Below are positions 15,566 to 30,400 of a DNA stretch of 64,000 bases, piece by piece. The stretch is from Eledone cirrhosa (Eukaryota): positions 21,452,001 through 21,516,000 of the forward strand of contig OZ024764.1 of assembly GCA_964016885.1 (NCBI GenBank), in the 5' to 3' direction. How positions within the stretch are numbered: position 1 is the first letter of the stretch; the number at the start of each line of letters is the position of its first letter. Under the pieces are notes generated by a model. The model did not search any database and had not been told where the DNA came from. It saw only the letters and a program-made list of their open reading frames with translations. A program made the position numbers and the translations under genes.

Positions 15566-16250
15566 ATGTCACTAATAACTACTTTTATCAGTCAGTATAA
15601 TCTAATGTCACTAATAACTACTTTTATCAGTCAGTTCAATCTAATGTCACTAATAACTACTTTTATCAGTCAGTTCAATCTAATGTCACTAATAACTACT
15701 TTTATCAGTCAGTTCAATCTAATGTCACTAATAACTACTTTTATCAGTCAGTATAATCTAATGTCACTAATAACTACTTTTATCAGTCAGTTTAATCTAA
15801 TGTAATAACTACTTTTATCAGTCAGTTTAATCTAATGTCACTAATAACTACTTTTATCAGTCAGTTTAATCTAATGTAATAACTACTTTTATCAGTCAGT
15901 ATAATCTAATGTCACTAATAACTACTTTTATCAGTCAGTATAATCTAATGTCACTAATAACTACTTTTATCAGTCAGTTCAATCTAATGTCACTAATAAC
16001 TACTTTTATCAGTCAGTTCAATCTAATGTCACTAATAACTACTTTTATCAGTCAGTATAATCTAATGTCACTAATAACTACTTTTATCAGTCAGTTTAAT
16101 CTAATGTAATAACTACTTTTATCAGTCAGTTTAATCTAATGTCACTAATAACTACTTTTATCAGTCAGTTTAATCTAATGTAATAACTACTTTTATCAGT
16201 CAGTATAATCTAATGTCACTAATAACTACTTTTATCAGTCAGTATAATCT
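15566..16250. repeat. 304-bp 8-monomer sub-HOR (6x39 + 2x35), ~2 copies
   Basis: Offsets 15805->16109 and 15909->16213 are both 304. The TAT,TTC,TTC,TAT,TTT,35,TTT,35 pattern is repeated. Confidence 0.75.
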
Positions 16251-19200
16251 AATGTCACTAATAACTACTTTTATCAGTCAGTATAATCTAATGTCACTAA
16301 TAACTACTTTTATCAGTCAGAATAATCTAATGTCACTAATAACTACTTTTATCAGTCAGTTTAATCTAATGTCACTAATAACTACTTTTATCAGTCAGTA
16401 TAATCTAATGTCACTAATAACTACTTTTATCAGTCAGTATAATCTAATGTCACTAATAACTACTTTTATCAGTCAGTTTAATCTGTCACTAATAACTACT
16501 TTTATCAGTCAGTTTAATCTAATGTCACTAATAACTACTTTTATCAGTCAGTTTAATCTAATGTCACTAATAACTACTTTCATCAGTCAGTTTAATCTAC
16601 TGCCACTAATAACTACTTTTATCAGTCAGTATAATCTAATGTCACTAATAACTACGTTTATCAGTCAGTTTAATCTACTGCCACTAATAACTACTTTTAT
16701 CAGTCAGTATAATCTAATGTCACTAATAACTACTTTTATCAGTCAGTTTAATCTACTGCCACTAATAACTACTTTTATCAGTCAGTATAATCTAATGTCA
16801 CTAATAACTACTTTTATCAGTCAGTATAATCTAATGTCACTAATAACTACTTTTCTCAGTCAGTATAATCTACTGCCACTAACTACTTTTATCAGTCAGT
16901 TTAATCTAATGTCACTAATAACTACTTTTATCGGTCAGTTTAATCTAATGTAATAACTACTTTTATCAGTCAGTTTAATCTAATGTCACTAATAACTACT
17001 TTTATCAGTCAGTTTAATCTAATGTCACTAATAACTACTTTTATCAGTCAGTTTAATCTAATGTCACTAATAACTACTTTTATCAGTCAGTTTAATCTAA
17101 TGTAATAACTACTTTTATCAGTCAGTTTAATCTAATGTAATAACTACTTTTATCAGTCAGTTTAATCTAATGTCACTAATAACTACTTTTATCAGTCAGT
17201 TTAATCTAATGTCACTAATAACTACTTTTATCAGTCAGTATAATCTAATGTCACTAATAACTACTTTTATCAGTCAGTATAATCTAATGTCACTAATAAC
17301 TACTTTTACAAGTCAGTATAATCTAATGTCACTAATAACTACTTTTATCAGTCAGTATAATCTAATGTCACTAATAACTACTTTTACAAGTCAGTATAAT
17401 CTAATGTCACTAATAACTACTTTTATCAGTCAGTTTAATCTAATGTCACTAATAACTACTTTTATCAGTCAGTTTAATCTAATGTCACTAATAACTACTT
17501 TCATCAGTCAGTATAATCGAATGTCACTAATAACTACTTTTATCAGTCAGTATAATCTAATGTCACTAATAACTACTTTTATCAGTCAGTTTAATCTAAT
17601 GTCACTAATAACTACTTTTATCAGTCAGTTTAATCTAATGTCACTAATAACTACTTTTATCAGTCAGTTTAATCTAATGTCACTAATAACTACTTTTATC
17701 AGTCAGTTTAATCTAATGTCACTAATAACTACTTTTATCAGTCAGTTTAATCTAATGTCACTAATAACTACTTTTATCAGTCAGTTTAATCTAATGTAAT
17801 AACTACTTTTATCAGTCAGTTTAATCTAATGTCACTAATAACTACTTTTATCAGTCAGTTTAATCTAATGTCACTAATAACTACTTTTATCAGTCAGTTT
17901 AATCTAATGTAATAACTACTTTTATCAGTCAGTTTAATCTAATGTCACTAATAACTACTTTTATCAGTCAGTTTAATCTAATGTCACTAATAACTACTTT
18001 TATCAGTCAGTATAATCGAATGTCACTAATAACTACTTTTATCAGTCAGTATAATCTAATGTCACTAATAACTACTTTTATCAGTCAGTATAATCTAATG
18101 TCACTAATAACTACTTTTATCAGTCAGTTTAATCTAATGTCACTAATAACTACTTTTATCAGTCAGTTTAATCTAATGTCACTAATAACTACTTTTATCA
18201 GTCAGTTTAATCTAATGTCACTAATAACTACTTTTATCAGTCAGTTCAATCTAATGTCACTAATAACTACTTTTATCAGTCAGTTTAATCTAATGTCACT
18301 AATAACTACTTTTATCAGTCAGTTTAATCTAATGTCACTAATAACTACTTTTATCAGTCAGTTCAATCTAATGTCACTAATAACTACTTTTATCAGTCAG
18401 TTCAATCTAATGTCACTAATAACTACTTTTATCAGTCAGTATAATCTAATGTCACTAATAACTACTTTTATCAGTCAGTTTAATCTAATGTAATAACTAC
18501 TTTTATCAGTCAGTTTAATCTAGTGTCACTAATAACTACTTTTATCAGTCAGTTTAATCTAATGTAATAACTACTTTTATCAGTCAGTATAATCTAATGT
18601 CACTAATAACTACTTTTATCAGTCAGTATAATCTAATGTCACTAATAACTACTTTTATCAGTCAGTATAATCTAATGTCACTAATAACTACTTTTATCAG
18701 TCAGTATAATCTAATGTCACTAATAACTACTTTTATCAGTCAGTTTAATCTAATGTCACTAATAACTACTTTTATCAGTCAGTATAATCTAATGTCACTA
18801 ATAACTACTTTTATCAGTCAGTTTAATCTAATGTCACTAATAACTACTTTTATCAGTCAGTTTAATCTAATGTCACTAATAACTACTTTTATCAGTCAGT
18901 TTAATCTAATGTCACTAATAACTACTTTTATCAGTCAGTTTAATCTAATGTCACTAATAACTACTTTCATCTGTCAGTTTAATCTACTGCCACTAATAAC
19001 TACTTTTATCAGTCAGTATAATCTAATGTCACTAATAACTACTTTTATCAGTCAGTTTAATCTACTGCCACTAATAACTACTTTTATCAGTCAGTATAAT
19101 CTAATGTCACTAATAACTACTTTTATCAGTCAGTATAATCTACTGCCACTAATAACTACTTTTATCAATCAGTTTAATCTAATGTCACTAATAACTACTT

Positions 19201-19259
19201 TTATCGGTCAGTTTAATCTAATGTCACTAATAACTACTTTTATCAGTCAGTTTAATCTA

Positions 19260-19555
19260 ATGTAATAACTACTTTTATCAGTCAGTTTAATCTAATGTCA
19301 CTAATAACTACTTTTATCAGTCAGTTTAATCTAATGTCACTAATAACTACTTTTATCAGTGAGTTTAATCTAATGTAATAACTACTTTTATCAGTCAGTT
19401 TAATCTAATGTAATAACTACTTTTATCAGTCAGTTTAATCTAATGTCACTAATAACTACTTTTATCAGTCAGTTTAATCTAATGTCACTAATAACTACTT
19501 TTATCAGTGAGTTTAATCTAATGTAATAACTACTTTTATCAGTCAGTTTAATCTA
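19260..19555. repeat. 148-bp tetramer (35+39+39+35) duplicated
   Basis: The rare CAG>GAG variant occurs at 19361 and 19509, 148 bp apart. The paralogous region after 25737 is 148 bp shorter. Confidence 0.85.
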
Positions 19556-22500
19556 ATGTAATAACTACTTTTATCAGTCAGTTTAATCTAATGTCACTAA
19601 TAACTACTTTTATCAGTCAGTTTAATCTAATGTAATAACTACTTTTATCAGTCAGTATAATCTAATGTCACTAATAACTACTTTTATCAGTCAGTTTAAT
19701 CTAATGTCACTAATAACTACTTTTATCAGTCAGTTTAATCTAATGTCACTAATAACTACTTTTATCAGTCAGTTTAATCTAATGTCACTAATAACTACTT
19801 TTATCAGTCAGTTTAATCTAATGTAATAACTACTTTTATCTGTCAGTTTAATCTAATGTCACTAATAACTACTTTTATCAGTCAGTTTAATCTAATGTCA
19901 CTAATAACTACTTTTATCAGTCAGTTTTAATCTAATGTCACTAATAACTACTTTTATCAGTCAGTTTAATCTAATGTCACTAATAACTACTTTTATCAGT
20001 CAGTATAATCTAATGTCACTAATAACTACTTTTATCAGTCAGTATAATCTAATGTCACTAATAACTACTTTTATCAGTCAGTTTAATCTAATGTAATAAC
20101 TACTTTTATCAGTCAGTTTTAATCTAATGTCACTAATAACTACTTTTATCAGTCAGTTTAATCTAATGTAATAACTACTTTTATCAGTCAGTATAATCTA
20201 ATGTCACTAATAACTACTTTTATCAGTCAGTTTAATCTAATGTAATTACTTTTATCAGTCAGTATAATTTAATGTCACTAATAACTACTTTTATCAGTCA
20301 GTATAATCTAATGTCACTAATAACTACTTTTATCAGTCAGTTTAATCTAATGTCACTAATAACTACTTTTATCAGTCAGTTTAATCTAATGTCACTAATA
20401 ACTACTTTTATCAGCCAGTTTAATCTAATGTCACTAATAACTACTTTTATCAGTCAGTTTAATCTAATGTCACTAATAACTACTTTTATCAGTCAGTTTA
20501 ATCTAATGTCACTAATAACTACTTTTATCAGTCAGTTTAATCTAATGTCACTAATAACTACTTTTATCAGTCAGTTTAATCTAATGTCACTAATAACTGC
20601 TTTTATCAGTCAGTTTAATCTAATGTCACTAATAACTACTTTTATCAGTCATTTTAATCTAATGTCACTAATAACTACGTTTATCAGTCAGTTTAATCTA
20701 ATGTCACTAATAACTACTTTTATCAGTCACTTCAATCTAATGTCACTAATAACCACTTTTATCAGTCAGTATAATCTAATGTCACTAATAACTACTTTTA
20801 TCAGTCAGTTTAATCTAATGTAATAACTACTTTTATCAGTCAGTTTAATCTAATGTCACTAATAACTACTTTTATCAGTCAGTTTAATCTAATGTCACTA
20901 ATAACTACTTTTATCAGTCAGTTTAATCTAATGTCACTAATAACTACTTTTATCAGTCAGTTTAATCTAATGTCACTAATAACTACTTTTATCAGTCAGT
21001 TTAATCTAATGTCACTAATAACTACTTTTATCAGTCAGTTTAATCTAATGTCACTAATAACTACTTTTATCAGTCAGTTCAATCTAATGTCACTAATAAC
21101 TACTTTTATCAGTCAGTATAATCTAATGTCACTAATAACTACTTTTATCAGTCAGTTTAATCTAATGTAATAACTACTTTTATCAGTCAGTTTAATCTAA
21201 TGTCACTAATAACTACTTGTATCAGTCAGTTTAATCTAATGTCACTAATAACTACTTTTATCAGTCAGTTTAATCTAATGTCACTAATAACTACTTTTAT
21301 CAGTCAGTTTAATCTAATGTCACTAATAACTACTTTTATCAGTCAGTTTAATCTAATGTAATAACTACTTTTATCAGTCAGTATAATCTAATGTCACTAA
21401 TAACTACTTTTATCAGTCAGTATAATCTAATGTCACTAATAACTACTTTTATCAGTCAGTATAATCTAATGTCACTAATAACTACTTTTATCAGTCAGTA
21501 TAATCTAATGTCACTAATAACTACTTTTATCAGTCAGTTTAATCTAATGTCACTAATAACTACTTTTATCAGTCAGTTTAATCTAATGTAATAACTACTT
21601 TTATCAGTCAGTATAATCTAATGTCACTAATAACTACTTTTATCAGTCAGTTTAATCTAATGTCACTAATAACTACTTTTATCAGTCAGTTTAATCTACT
21701 GCCACTAATAACTACTTTTATCAGTCAGTTTAATCTAATGTCACTAATAACTACTTTTATCAGTCAGTTTAATCTAATGTCACTAATAACTACTTTTATC
21801 AGTCAGTATAATCTAATGTCACTAATAACTACTTTTATCAGTCAGTTTAATCTAATGTAATAACTACTTTTATCAGTCAGTTTAATCTAATGTCACTAAT
21901 AACTACTTTTATCAGTCAGTTTAATCTAATGTCACTAATAACTACTTTTATCAGTCAGTTTAATCTAATGTCACTAATAACTACTTTTATCAGTCAGTTT
22001 AATCTAATGTAATAACTACTTTTATCAGCCAGTTTAATCTAATGTCACTAATAACTACTTTTATCAGTCAGTATAATCTAATGTCACTAATAACTACTTT
22101 TATCAGTCAGTTTAATCTAATGTAATAACTACTTTTATCAGTCATTTTAATCTAATGTCACTAATAACTACTTTTATCAGTCAGTTTAATCTAATGTCAC
22201 TAATAACTACTTTTATCAGTCAGTTTAATCTAATGTCACTAATAACTACTTTTATCAGTCAGTTCAATCTAATGTCACTAATAACTACTTTTATCAGTCA
22301 GTATAATCTAATGTCACTAATAACTACTTTTATCAGTCAGTTTAATCTAATGTAATAACTACTTTTATCAGTCAGTTTAATCTAATGTCACTAATAACTA
22401 CTTTTATCAGTCAGTTTAATCTAATGTCACTAATAACTACTTTTATCAGTCAGTATAATCTAATGTCACTAATAACTACTTTTATCAGTCAGTATAATCT

Positions 22501-24004
22501 AATGTCACTAATAACTACTTTTATCAGTCAGTTTAATCTAATGTAATAACTACTTTTATCAGTCAGTATAATCTAATGTCACTAATAACTACTTTTAGCA
22601 GTCAGTATAATCTAATGTCACTAATAACTACTTTTATCAGTCAGTATAATCTAATGTCACTAATAACTACTTTTATCAGTCAGTATAATCTAATGTCACT
22701 AATAACTACTTTTATCAGTCAGTTTAATCTAATGTCACTAATAACTACTTTTATCAGTCAGTTTAATCTAATGTAATAACTACTTTTATCAGTCAGTATA
22801 ATCTAATGTCACTAATAACTACTTTTATCAGTCAGTATAATCTAATGTCACTAATAATTACTTTTATCAGTCAGTTTAATCTAATGTCACTAATAACTAC
22901 TTTTATCAGTCAGTTTAATCTACTGCCACTAATAACTACTTTTATCAGTCAGTTTAATCTAATGTCACTAATAACTACTTTTATCAGTCAGTTTAATCTA
23001 ATGTCACTAATAACTACTTTTATCAGTCAGTTTAATCTAATGTCACTAATAACTACTTTTATCAGTCAGTTTTAATCTAATGTCACTAATAACTACTTTT
23101 ATCAGTCAGTTTAATCTAATGTCACTAATAACTACTTTTATCAGTCAGTATAATCTAATGTCACTAATAACTACTTTTATCAGTCAGTATAATCTAATGT
23201 CACTAATAACTACTTTTATCAGTCAGTTGAATCTAATGTAATAACTACTTTTATCAGTCAGTTTTAATCTAATGTCACTAATAACTACTTTTATCAGTCA
23301 GTTTAATCTAATGTAATAACTACTTTTATCAGTCAGTTTAATCTAATGTCACTAATAACTACTTTTATCAGTCAGTTTAATCTAATGTCACTAATAACTA
23401 CTTTTATCAGTCAGTTTAATCTAATGTAATAACTACTTTTATCAGTCAGTTTAATCTAATGTCACTAATAACTACTTTTATCAGTCAGTTTAATCTAATG
23501 TCACTAATAACTACTTTTATCAGTCAGTATAATCGAATGTCACTAATAACTACTTTTATCAGTCAGTATAATCTAATGTCACTAATAACTACTTTTATCA
23601 GTCAGTATAATCTAATGTCACTAATAACTACTTTTATCAGTCAGTTTAATCTAATGTCACTAATAACTACTTTTATCAGTCAGTTTAATCTAATGTCACT
23701 AATAACTACTTTTATCAGTCAGTTTAATCTAATGTCACTAATAACTACTTTTATCAGTCAGTTCAATCTAATGTCACTAATAACTACTTTTATCAGTCAG
23801 TTCAATCTAATGTCACTAATAACTACTTTTATCAGTCAGTTTAATCTAATGTCACTAATAACTACTTTTATCAGTCAGTTCAATCTAATGTCACTAATAA
23901 CTACTTTTATCAGTCAGTTTAATCTAATGTCACTAATAACTACTTTTATCAGTCAGTTCAATCTAATGTCACTAATAACTACTTTTATCAGTCAGTTTAA
24001 TCTA

Positions 24005-24448
24005 ATGTAATAACTACTTTTATCAGTCAGTTTAATCTAGTGTCACTAATAACTACTTTTATCAGTCAGTTTAATCTAATGTAATAACTACTTTTATCAG
24101 TCAGTTTAATCTAGTGTCACTAATAACTACTTTTATCAGTCAGTTTAATCTAATGTAATAACTACTTTTATCAGTCAGTTTAATCTAGTGTCACTAATAA
24201 CTACTTTTATCAGTCAGTTTAATCTAATGTAATAACTACTTTTATCAGTCAGTTTAATCTAGTGTCACTAATAACTACTTTTATCAGTCAGTTTAATCTA
24301 ATGTAATAACTACTTTTATCAGTCAGTTTAATCTAGTGTCACTAATAACTACTTTTATCAGTCAGTTTAATCTAATGTAATAACTACTTTTATCAGTCAG
24401 TTTAATCTAGTGTCACTAATAACTACTTTTATCAGTCAGTTTAATCTA
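24005..24448. repeat. 74-bp dimer (35-bp monomer + GTG-start 39-bp monomer) x6
   Basis: GTG variant at 24040, 24114, 24188, 24262, 24336 and 24410. The paralogous site (18523) has a single copy. Confidence 0.93.
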
Positions 24449-27400
24449 ATGTAATAACTACTTTTATCAGTCAGTATAATCTAATGTCACTAATAACTAC
24501 TTTTATCAGTCAGTATAATCTAATGTCACTAATAACTACTTTTATCAGTCAGTATAATCTAATGTCAATAATAACTACTTTTATCAGTCAGTATAATCTA
24601 ATGTCACTAATAACTACTTTTATCAGTCAGTTTAATCTAATGTCACTAATAACTACTTTTATCAGTCAGTATAATCTAATGTCACTAATAACTACTTTTA
24701 TCAGTCAGTATAATCTAATGTCACTAATAACTACTTTTATCAGTCAGTTTAATCTAATGTCACTAATAACTACTTTTATCAGTCAGTATAATCTACTGCC
24801 ACTAATAACTACTTTTATCAGTCAGTTTAATCTAATCTCACTAATAACTACTTTTATCAGTCAGTTTAATCTAATGTCACTAATAACTACTTTTATCAGT
24901 CAGTTTAATCTAATGTCACTAATAACTACTTTTATCAGTCAGTTTAATCTAATGTCACTAATAACTACTTTTATCAGTCAGTTTAATCTAATCTCACTAA
25001 TAACTACTTTTATCTGTCAGTTTAATCTAATGTCACTAATAACTACTTTTATCAGTCAGTTTAATCTAATGTCACTAATAACTACTTTTATCAGTCAGTT
25101 TAATCTAATGTCACTAATAACTACTTTTATCAGTCAGTTTAATCTAATCTCACTAATAACTACTTTTATCTGTCAGTTTAATCTAATGTCACTAATAACT
25201 ACTTTTATCAGTCAGTTTAATCTACTGCCACTAATAACTACTTTTATCAGTCAGTTTAATCTAATGTCACTAATAACTACTTTTATCAGTCAGTTTAATC
25301 TAATGTCACTAATAACTACTTTTATCAGTCAGTTTAATCTAATGTCACTAATAACTACTTTTATCAGTCAGTTTAATCTAATGTCACTAATAACTACTTT
25401 TATCAGTCAGTTTAATCTAATGTCACTAATAACTACTTTCATCTGTCAGTTTAATCTACTGCCACTAATAACTACTTTTATCAGTCAGTATAATCTAATG
25501 TCACTAATAACTACTTTTATCAGTCAGTTTAATCTACTGCCACTAATAACTACTTTTATCAGTCAGTATAATCTAATGTCACTAATAACTACTTTTATCA
25601 GTCAGTATAATCTACTGCCACTAATAACTACTTTTATCAATCAGTTTAATCTAATGTCACTAATAACTACTTTTATCGGTCAGTTTAATCTAATGTCACT
25701 AATAACTACTTTTATCAGTCAGTTTAATCTAATGTAATAACTACTTTTATCAGTCAGTTTAATCTAATGTCACTAATAACTACTTTTATCAGTCAGTTTA
25801 ATCTAATGTCACTAATAACTACTTTTATCAGTCAGTTTAATCTAATGTAATAACTACTTTTATCAGTCAGTTTAATCTAATGTAATAACTACTTTTATCA
25901 GTCAGTTTAATCTAATGTCACTAATAACTACTTTTATCAGTCAGTTTAATCTAATGTAATAACTACTTTTATCAGTCAGTATAATCTAATGTCACTAATA
26001 ACTACTTTTATCAGTCAGTTTAATCTAATGTCACTAATAACTACTTTTATCAGTCAGTTTAATCTAATGTCACTAATAACTACTTTTATCAGTCAGTTTA
26101 ATCTAATGTCACTAATAACTACTTTTATCAGTCAGTTTAATCTAATGTAATAACTACTTTTATCTGTCAGTTTAATCTAATGTCACTAATAACTACTTTT
26201 ATCAGTCAGTTTAATCTAATGTCACTAATAACTACTTTTATCAGTCAGTTTTAATCTAATGTCACTAATAACTACTTTTATCAGTCAGTTTAATCTAATG
26301 TCACTAATAACTACTTTTATCAGTCAGTATAATCTAATGTCACTAATAACTACTTTTATCAGTCAGTATAATCTAATGTCACTAATAACTACTTTTAGCA
26401 GTCAGTTTAATCTAATGTAATAACTACTTTTATCAGTCAGTTTTAATCTAATGTCACTAATAACTACTTTTATCAGTCAGTTTAATCTAATGTAATAACT
26501 ACTTTTATCAGTCAGTATAATCTAATGTCACTAATAACTACTTTTATCAGTCAGTTTAATCTAATGTAATTACTTTTATCAGTCAGTATAATTTAATGTC
26601 ACTAATAACTACTTTTATCAGTCAGTATAATCTAATGTCACTAATAACTACTTTTATCAGTCAGTTTAATCTAATGTCACTAATAACTACTTTTATCAGT
26701 CAGTTTAATCTAATGTCACTAATAACTACTTTTATCAGCCAGTTTAATCTAATGTCACTAATAACTACTTTTATCAGTCAGTTTAATCTAATGTCACTAA
26801 TAACTACTTTTATCAGTCAGTTTAATCTAATGTCACTAATAACTACTTTTATCAGTCAGTTTAATCTAATGTCACTAATAACTACTTTTATCAGTCAGTT
26901 TAATCTAATGTCACTAATAACTGCTTTTATCAGTCAGTTTAATCTAATGTCACTAATAACTACTTTTATCAGTCATTTTAATCTAATGTCACTAATAACT
27001 ACGTTTATCAGTCAGTTTAATCTAATGTCACTAATAACTACTTTTATCAGTCAGTTCAATCTAATGTCACTAATAACCACTTTTATCAGTCAGTATAATC
27101 TAATGTCACTAATAACTACTTTTATCAGTCAGTTTAATCTAATGTAATAACTACTTTTATCAGTCAGTTTAATCTAATGTCACTAATAACTACTTTTATC
27201 AGTCAGTTTAATCTAATGTCACTAATAACTACTTTTATCAGTCAGTTTAATCTAATGTCACTAATAACTACTTTTATCAGTCAGTTTAATCTAATGTCAC
27301 TAATAACTACTTTTATCAGTCAGTTTAATCTAATGTCACTAATAACTACTTTTATCAGTCAGTTCAATCTAATGTCACTAATAACTACTTTTATCAGTCA

Positions 27401-30400
27401 GTATAATCTAATGTCACTAATAACTACTTTTATCAGTCAGTTTAATCTAATGTAATAACTACTTTTATCAGTCAGTTTAATCTAATGTCACTAATAACTA
27501 CTTTTATCAGTCAGTTTAATCTAATGTCACTAATAACTACTTTTATCAGTCAGTTTAATCTAATGTCACTAATAACTACTTTTATCAGTCAGTTTAATCT
27601 AATGTCACTAATAACTACTTTTATCAGTCAGTATAATCTAATGTCACTAATAACTACTTTTATCAGTCAGTTTAATCTAATGTCACTAATAACTACTTTT
27701 ATCAGTCAGTTTAATCTACTGCCACTAATAACTACTTTTATCAGTCAGTTTAATCTAATGTCACTAATAACTACTTTTATCAGTCAGTTTAATCTAATGT
27801 CACTAATAACTACTTTTATCAGTCAGTATAATCTAATGTCACTAATAACTACTTTTATCAGTCAGTTTAATCTAATGTAATAACTACTTTTATCAGTCAG
27901 TTTAATCTAATGTCACTAATAACTATTTTTATCAGTCAGTTTAATCTAATGTCACTAATAACTACTTTTATCAGTCAGTTTAATCTAATGTCACTAATAA
28001 CTACTTTTATCAGTCAGTTTAATCTAATGTAATAACTACTTTTATCAGCCAGTTTAATCTAATGTCACTAATAACTACTTTTATCAGTCAGTATAATCTA
28101 ATGTCACTAATAACTACTTTTATCAGTCAGTTTAATCTAATGTAATAACTACTTTTATCAGTCATTTTAATCTAATGTCACTAATAACTACGTTTATCAG
28201 TCAGTTTAATCTAATGTCACTAATAACTACTTTTATCAGTCAGTTCAATCTAATGTCACTAATAACTACTTTTATCAGTCAGTATAATCTAATGTCACTA
28301 ATAACTACTTTTATCAGTCAGTTTAATCTAATGTAATAACTACTTTTATCAGTCAGTTTAATCTAATGTCACTAATAACTACTTTTATCAGTCAGTTTAA
28401 TCTAATGTCACTAATAACTACTTTTATCAGTCAGTTTAATCTAATGTCACTAATAACTACTTTTATCAGTCAGTTTAATCTAATGTCACTAATAACTACT
28501 TTTATCAGTCAGTTCAATCTAATGTCACTAATAACTACTTTTATCAGTCAGTATAATCTAATGTCACTAATAACTACTTTTATCAGTCAGTTTAATCTAA
28601 TGTAATAACTACTTTTATCAGTCAGTTTAATCTAATGTCACTAATAACTACTTTTATCAGTCAGTTTAATCTAATGTAATAACTACTTTTATCAGTCAGT
28701 TTAATCTAATGTCACTAATAACTACTTTTATCAGTCAGTATAATCTAATGTCACTAATAACTACTTTTATCAGTCAGTATAATCTAATGTCACTAATAAC
28801 TACTTTTATCAGTCAGTTTAATCTAATGTAATAACTACTTTTATCAGTCAGTATAATCTAATGTCACTAATAACTACTTTTATCAGTCAGTATAATCTAA
28901 TGTCACTAATAACTACTTTTATCAGTCAGTATAATCTAATGTCACTAATAACTACTTTTATCAGTCAGTATAATCTAATGTCACTAATAACTACTTTTAT
29001 CAGTCAGTTTAATCTAATGTCACTAATAACTACTTTTATCAGTCAGTTTAATCTAATGTAATAACTACTTTTATCAGTCAGTATAATCTAATGTCACTAA
29101 TAACTACTTTTATCAGTCAGTATAATCTAATGTCACTAATAATTACTTTTATCAGTCAGTTTAATCTAATGTCACTAATAACTACTTTTATCAGTCAGTT
29201 TAATCTACTGCCACTAATAACTACTTTTATCAGTCAGTTTAATCTAATGTCACTAATAACTACTTTTATCAGTCAGTTTAATCTAATGTCACTAATAACT
29301 ACTTTTATCAGTCAGTTTAATCTAATGTCACTAATAACTACTTTTATCAGTCAGTTTTAATCTAATGTCACTAATAACTACTTTTATCAGTCAGTTTAAT
29401 CTAATGTCACTAATAACTACTTTTATCAGTCAGTATAATCTAATGTCACTAATAACTACTTTTATCAGTCAGTATAATCTAATGTCACTAATAACTACTT
29501 TTATCAGTCAGTTTAATCTAATGTAATAACTACTTTTATCAGTCAGTTTAATCTAATGTCACTAATAACTACTTTTATCAGTCAGTTTAATCTAATGTAA
29601 TAACTACTTTTATCAGTCAGTATAATCTAATGTCACTAATAACTACTTTTATCAGTCAGTTTAATCTAATGTAATTACTTTTATCAGTCAGTATAATCTA
29701 ATGTCACTAATAACTACTTTTATCAGTCAGTATAATCTAATGTCACTAATAACTACTTTTATCAGTCAGTTTAATCTAATGTAATTACTTTTATCAGTCA
29801 GTATAATCTAATGTCACTAATAACTACTTTTATCAGTCAGTATAATCTAATGTCACTAATAACTACTTTTATCAGTCAGTTTAATCTAATGTCACTAATA
29901 ACTACTTTTATCAGTCAGTTTAATCTAATGTCACTAATAACTACTTTTATCAGTCAGTTTAATCTAACGTCACTAATAACTACTTTTATCAGTCAGTTTA
30001 ATCTAATGTCACTAATAACTACTTTTATCAGTCAGTTTAATCTAATGTCACTAATAACTACTTTTATCAGTCAGTTTAATCTAATGTCACTAATAACTAC
30101 TTTTATCAGTCAGTTTAATCTAATGTCACTAATAACTACTTTTATCAGTCAGTTTAATCTAATGTCACTAATAACTACTTTTATCAGTCATTTTAATCTA
30201 ATGTCACTAATAACTACGTTTATCAGTCAGTTTAATCTAATGTCACTAATAACTACTTTTATCAGTCAGTTCAATCTAATGTCACTAATAACTACTTTTA
30301 TCAGTCAGTATAATCTAATATCACTATTAACTACTTTTATCAGTCAGTTTAATCTAATGTAATAACTACTTTTATCAGTCAGTTTAATCTAATGTCACTA

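Larger units (their letters stand above)
17800..29580. repeat. Diverged tandem duplication (HOR-B): ~17.8-23.3 kb vs ~23.3-29.6 kb, offset 5.5-6.5 kb
   Basis: Matching marker blocks at 17942/23459, 20272/26596, 20853/27177 and 22806/29091. The offset change 5517->6472->6324 is accounted for by +370, +585 and -148 bp internal gains and losses. Confidence 0.85.

Noticed and set aside
11605-17942. 6337-bp offset between the insert and its donor resembling the 6324-bp HOR-B offset
   Set aside because: The HOR-B offset varies from 5517 to 6472 owing to local expansions, and the sequence flanking the insert is HOR-A type. This is most likely coincidence.
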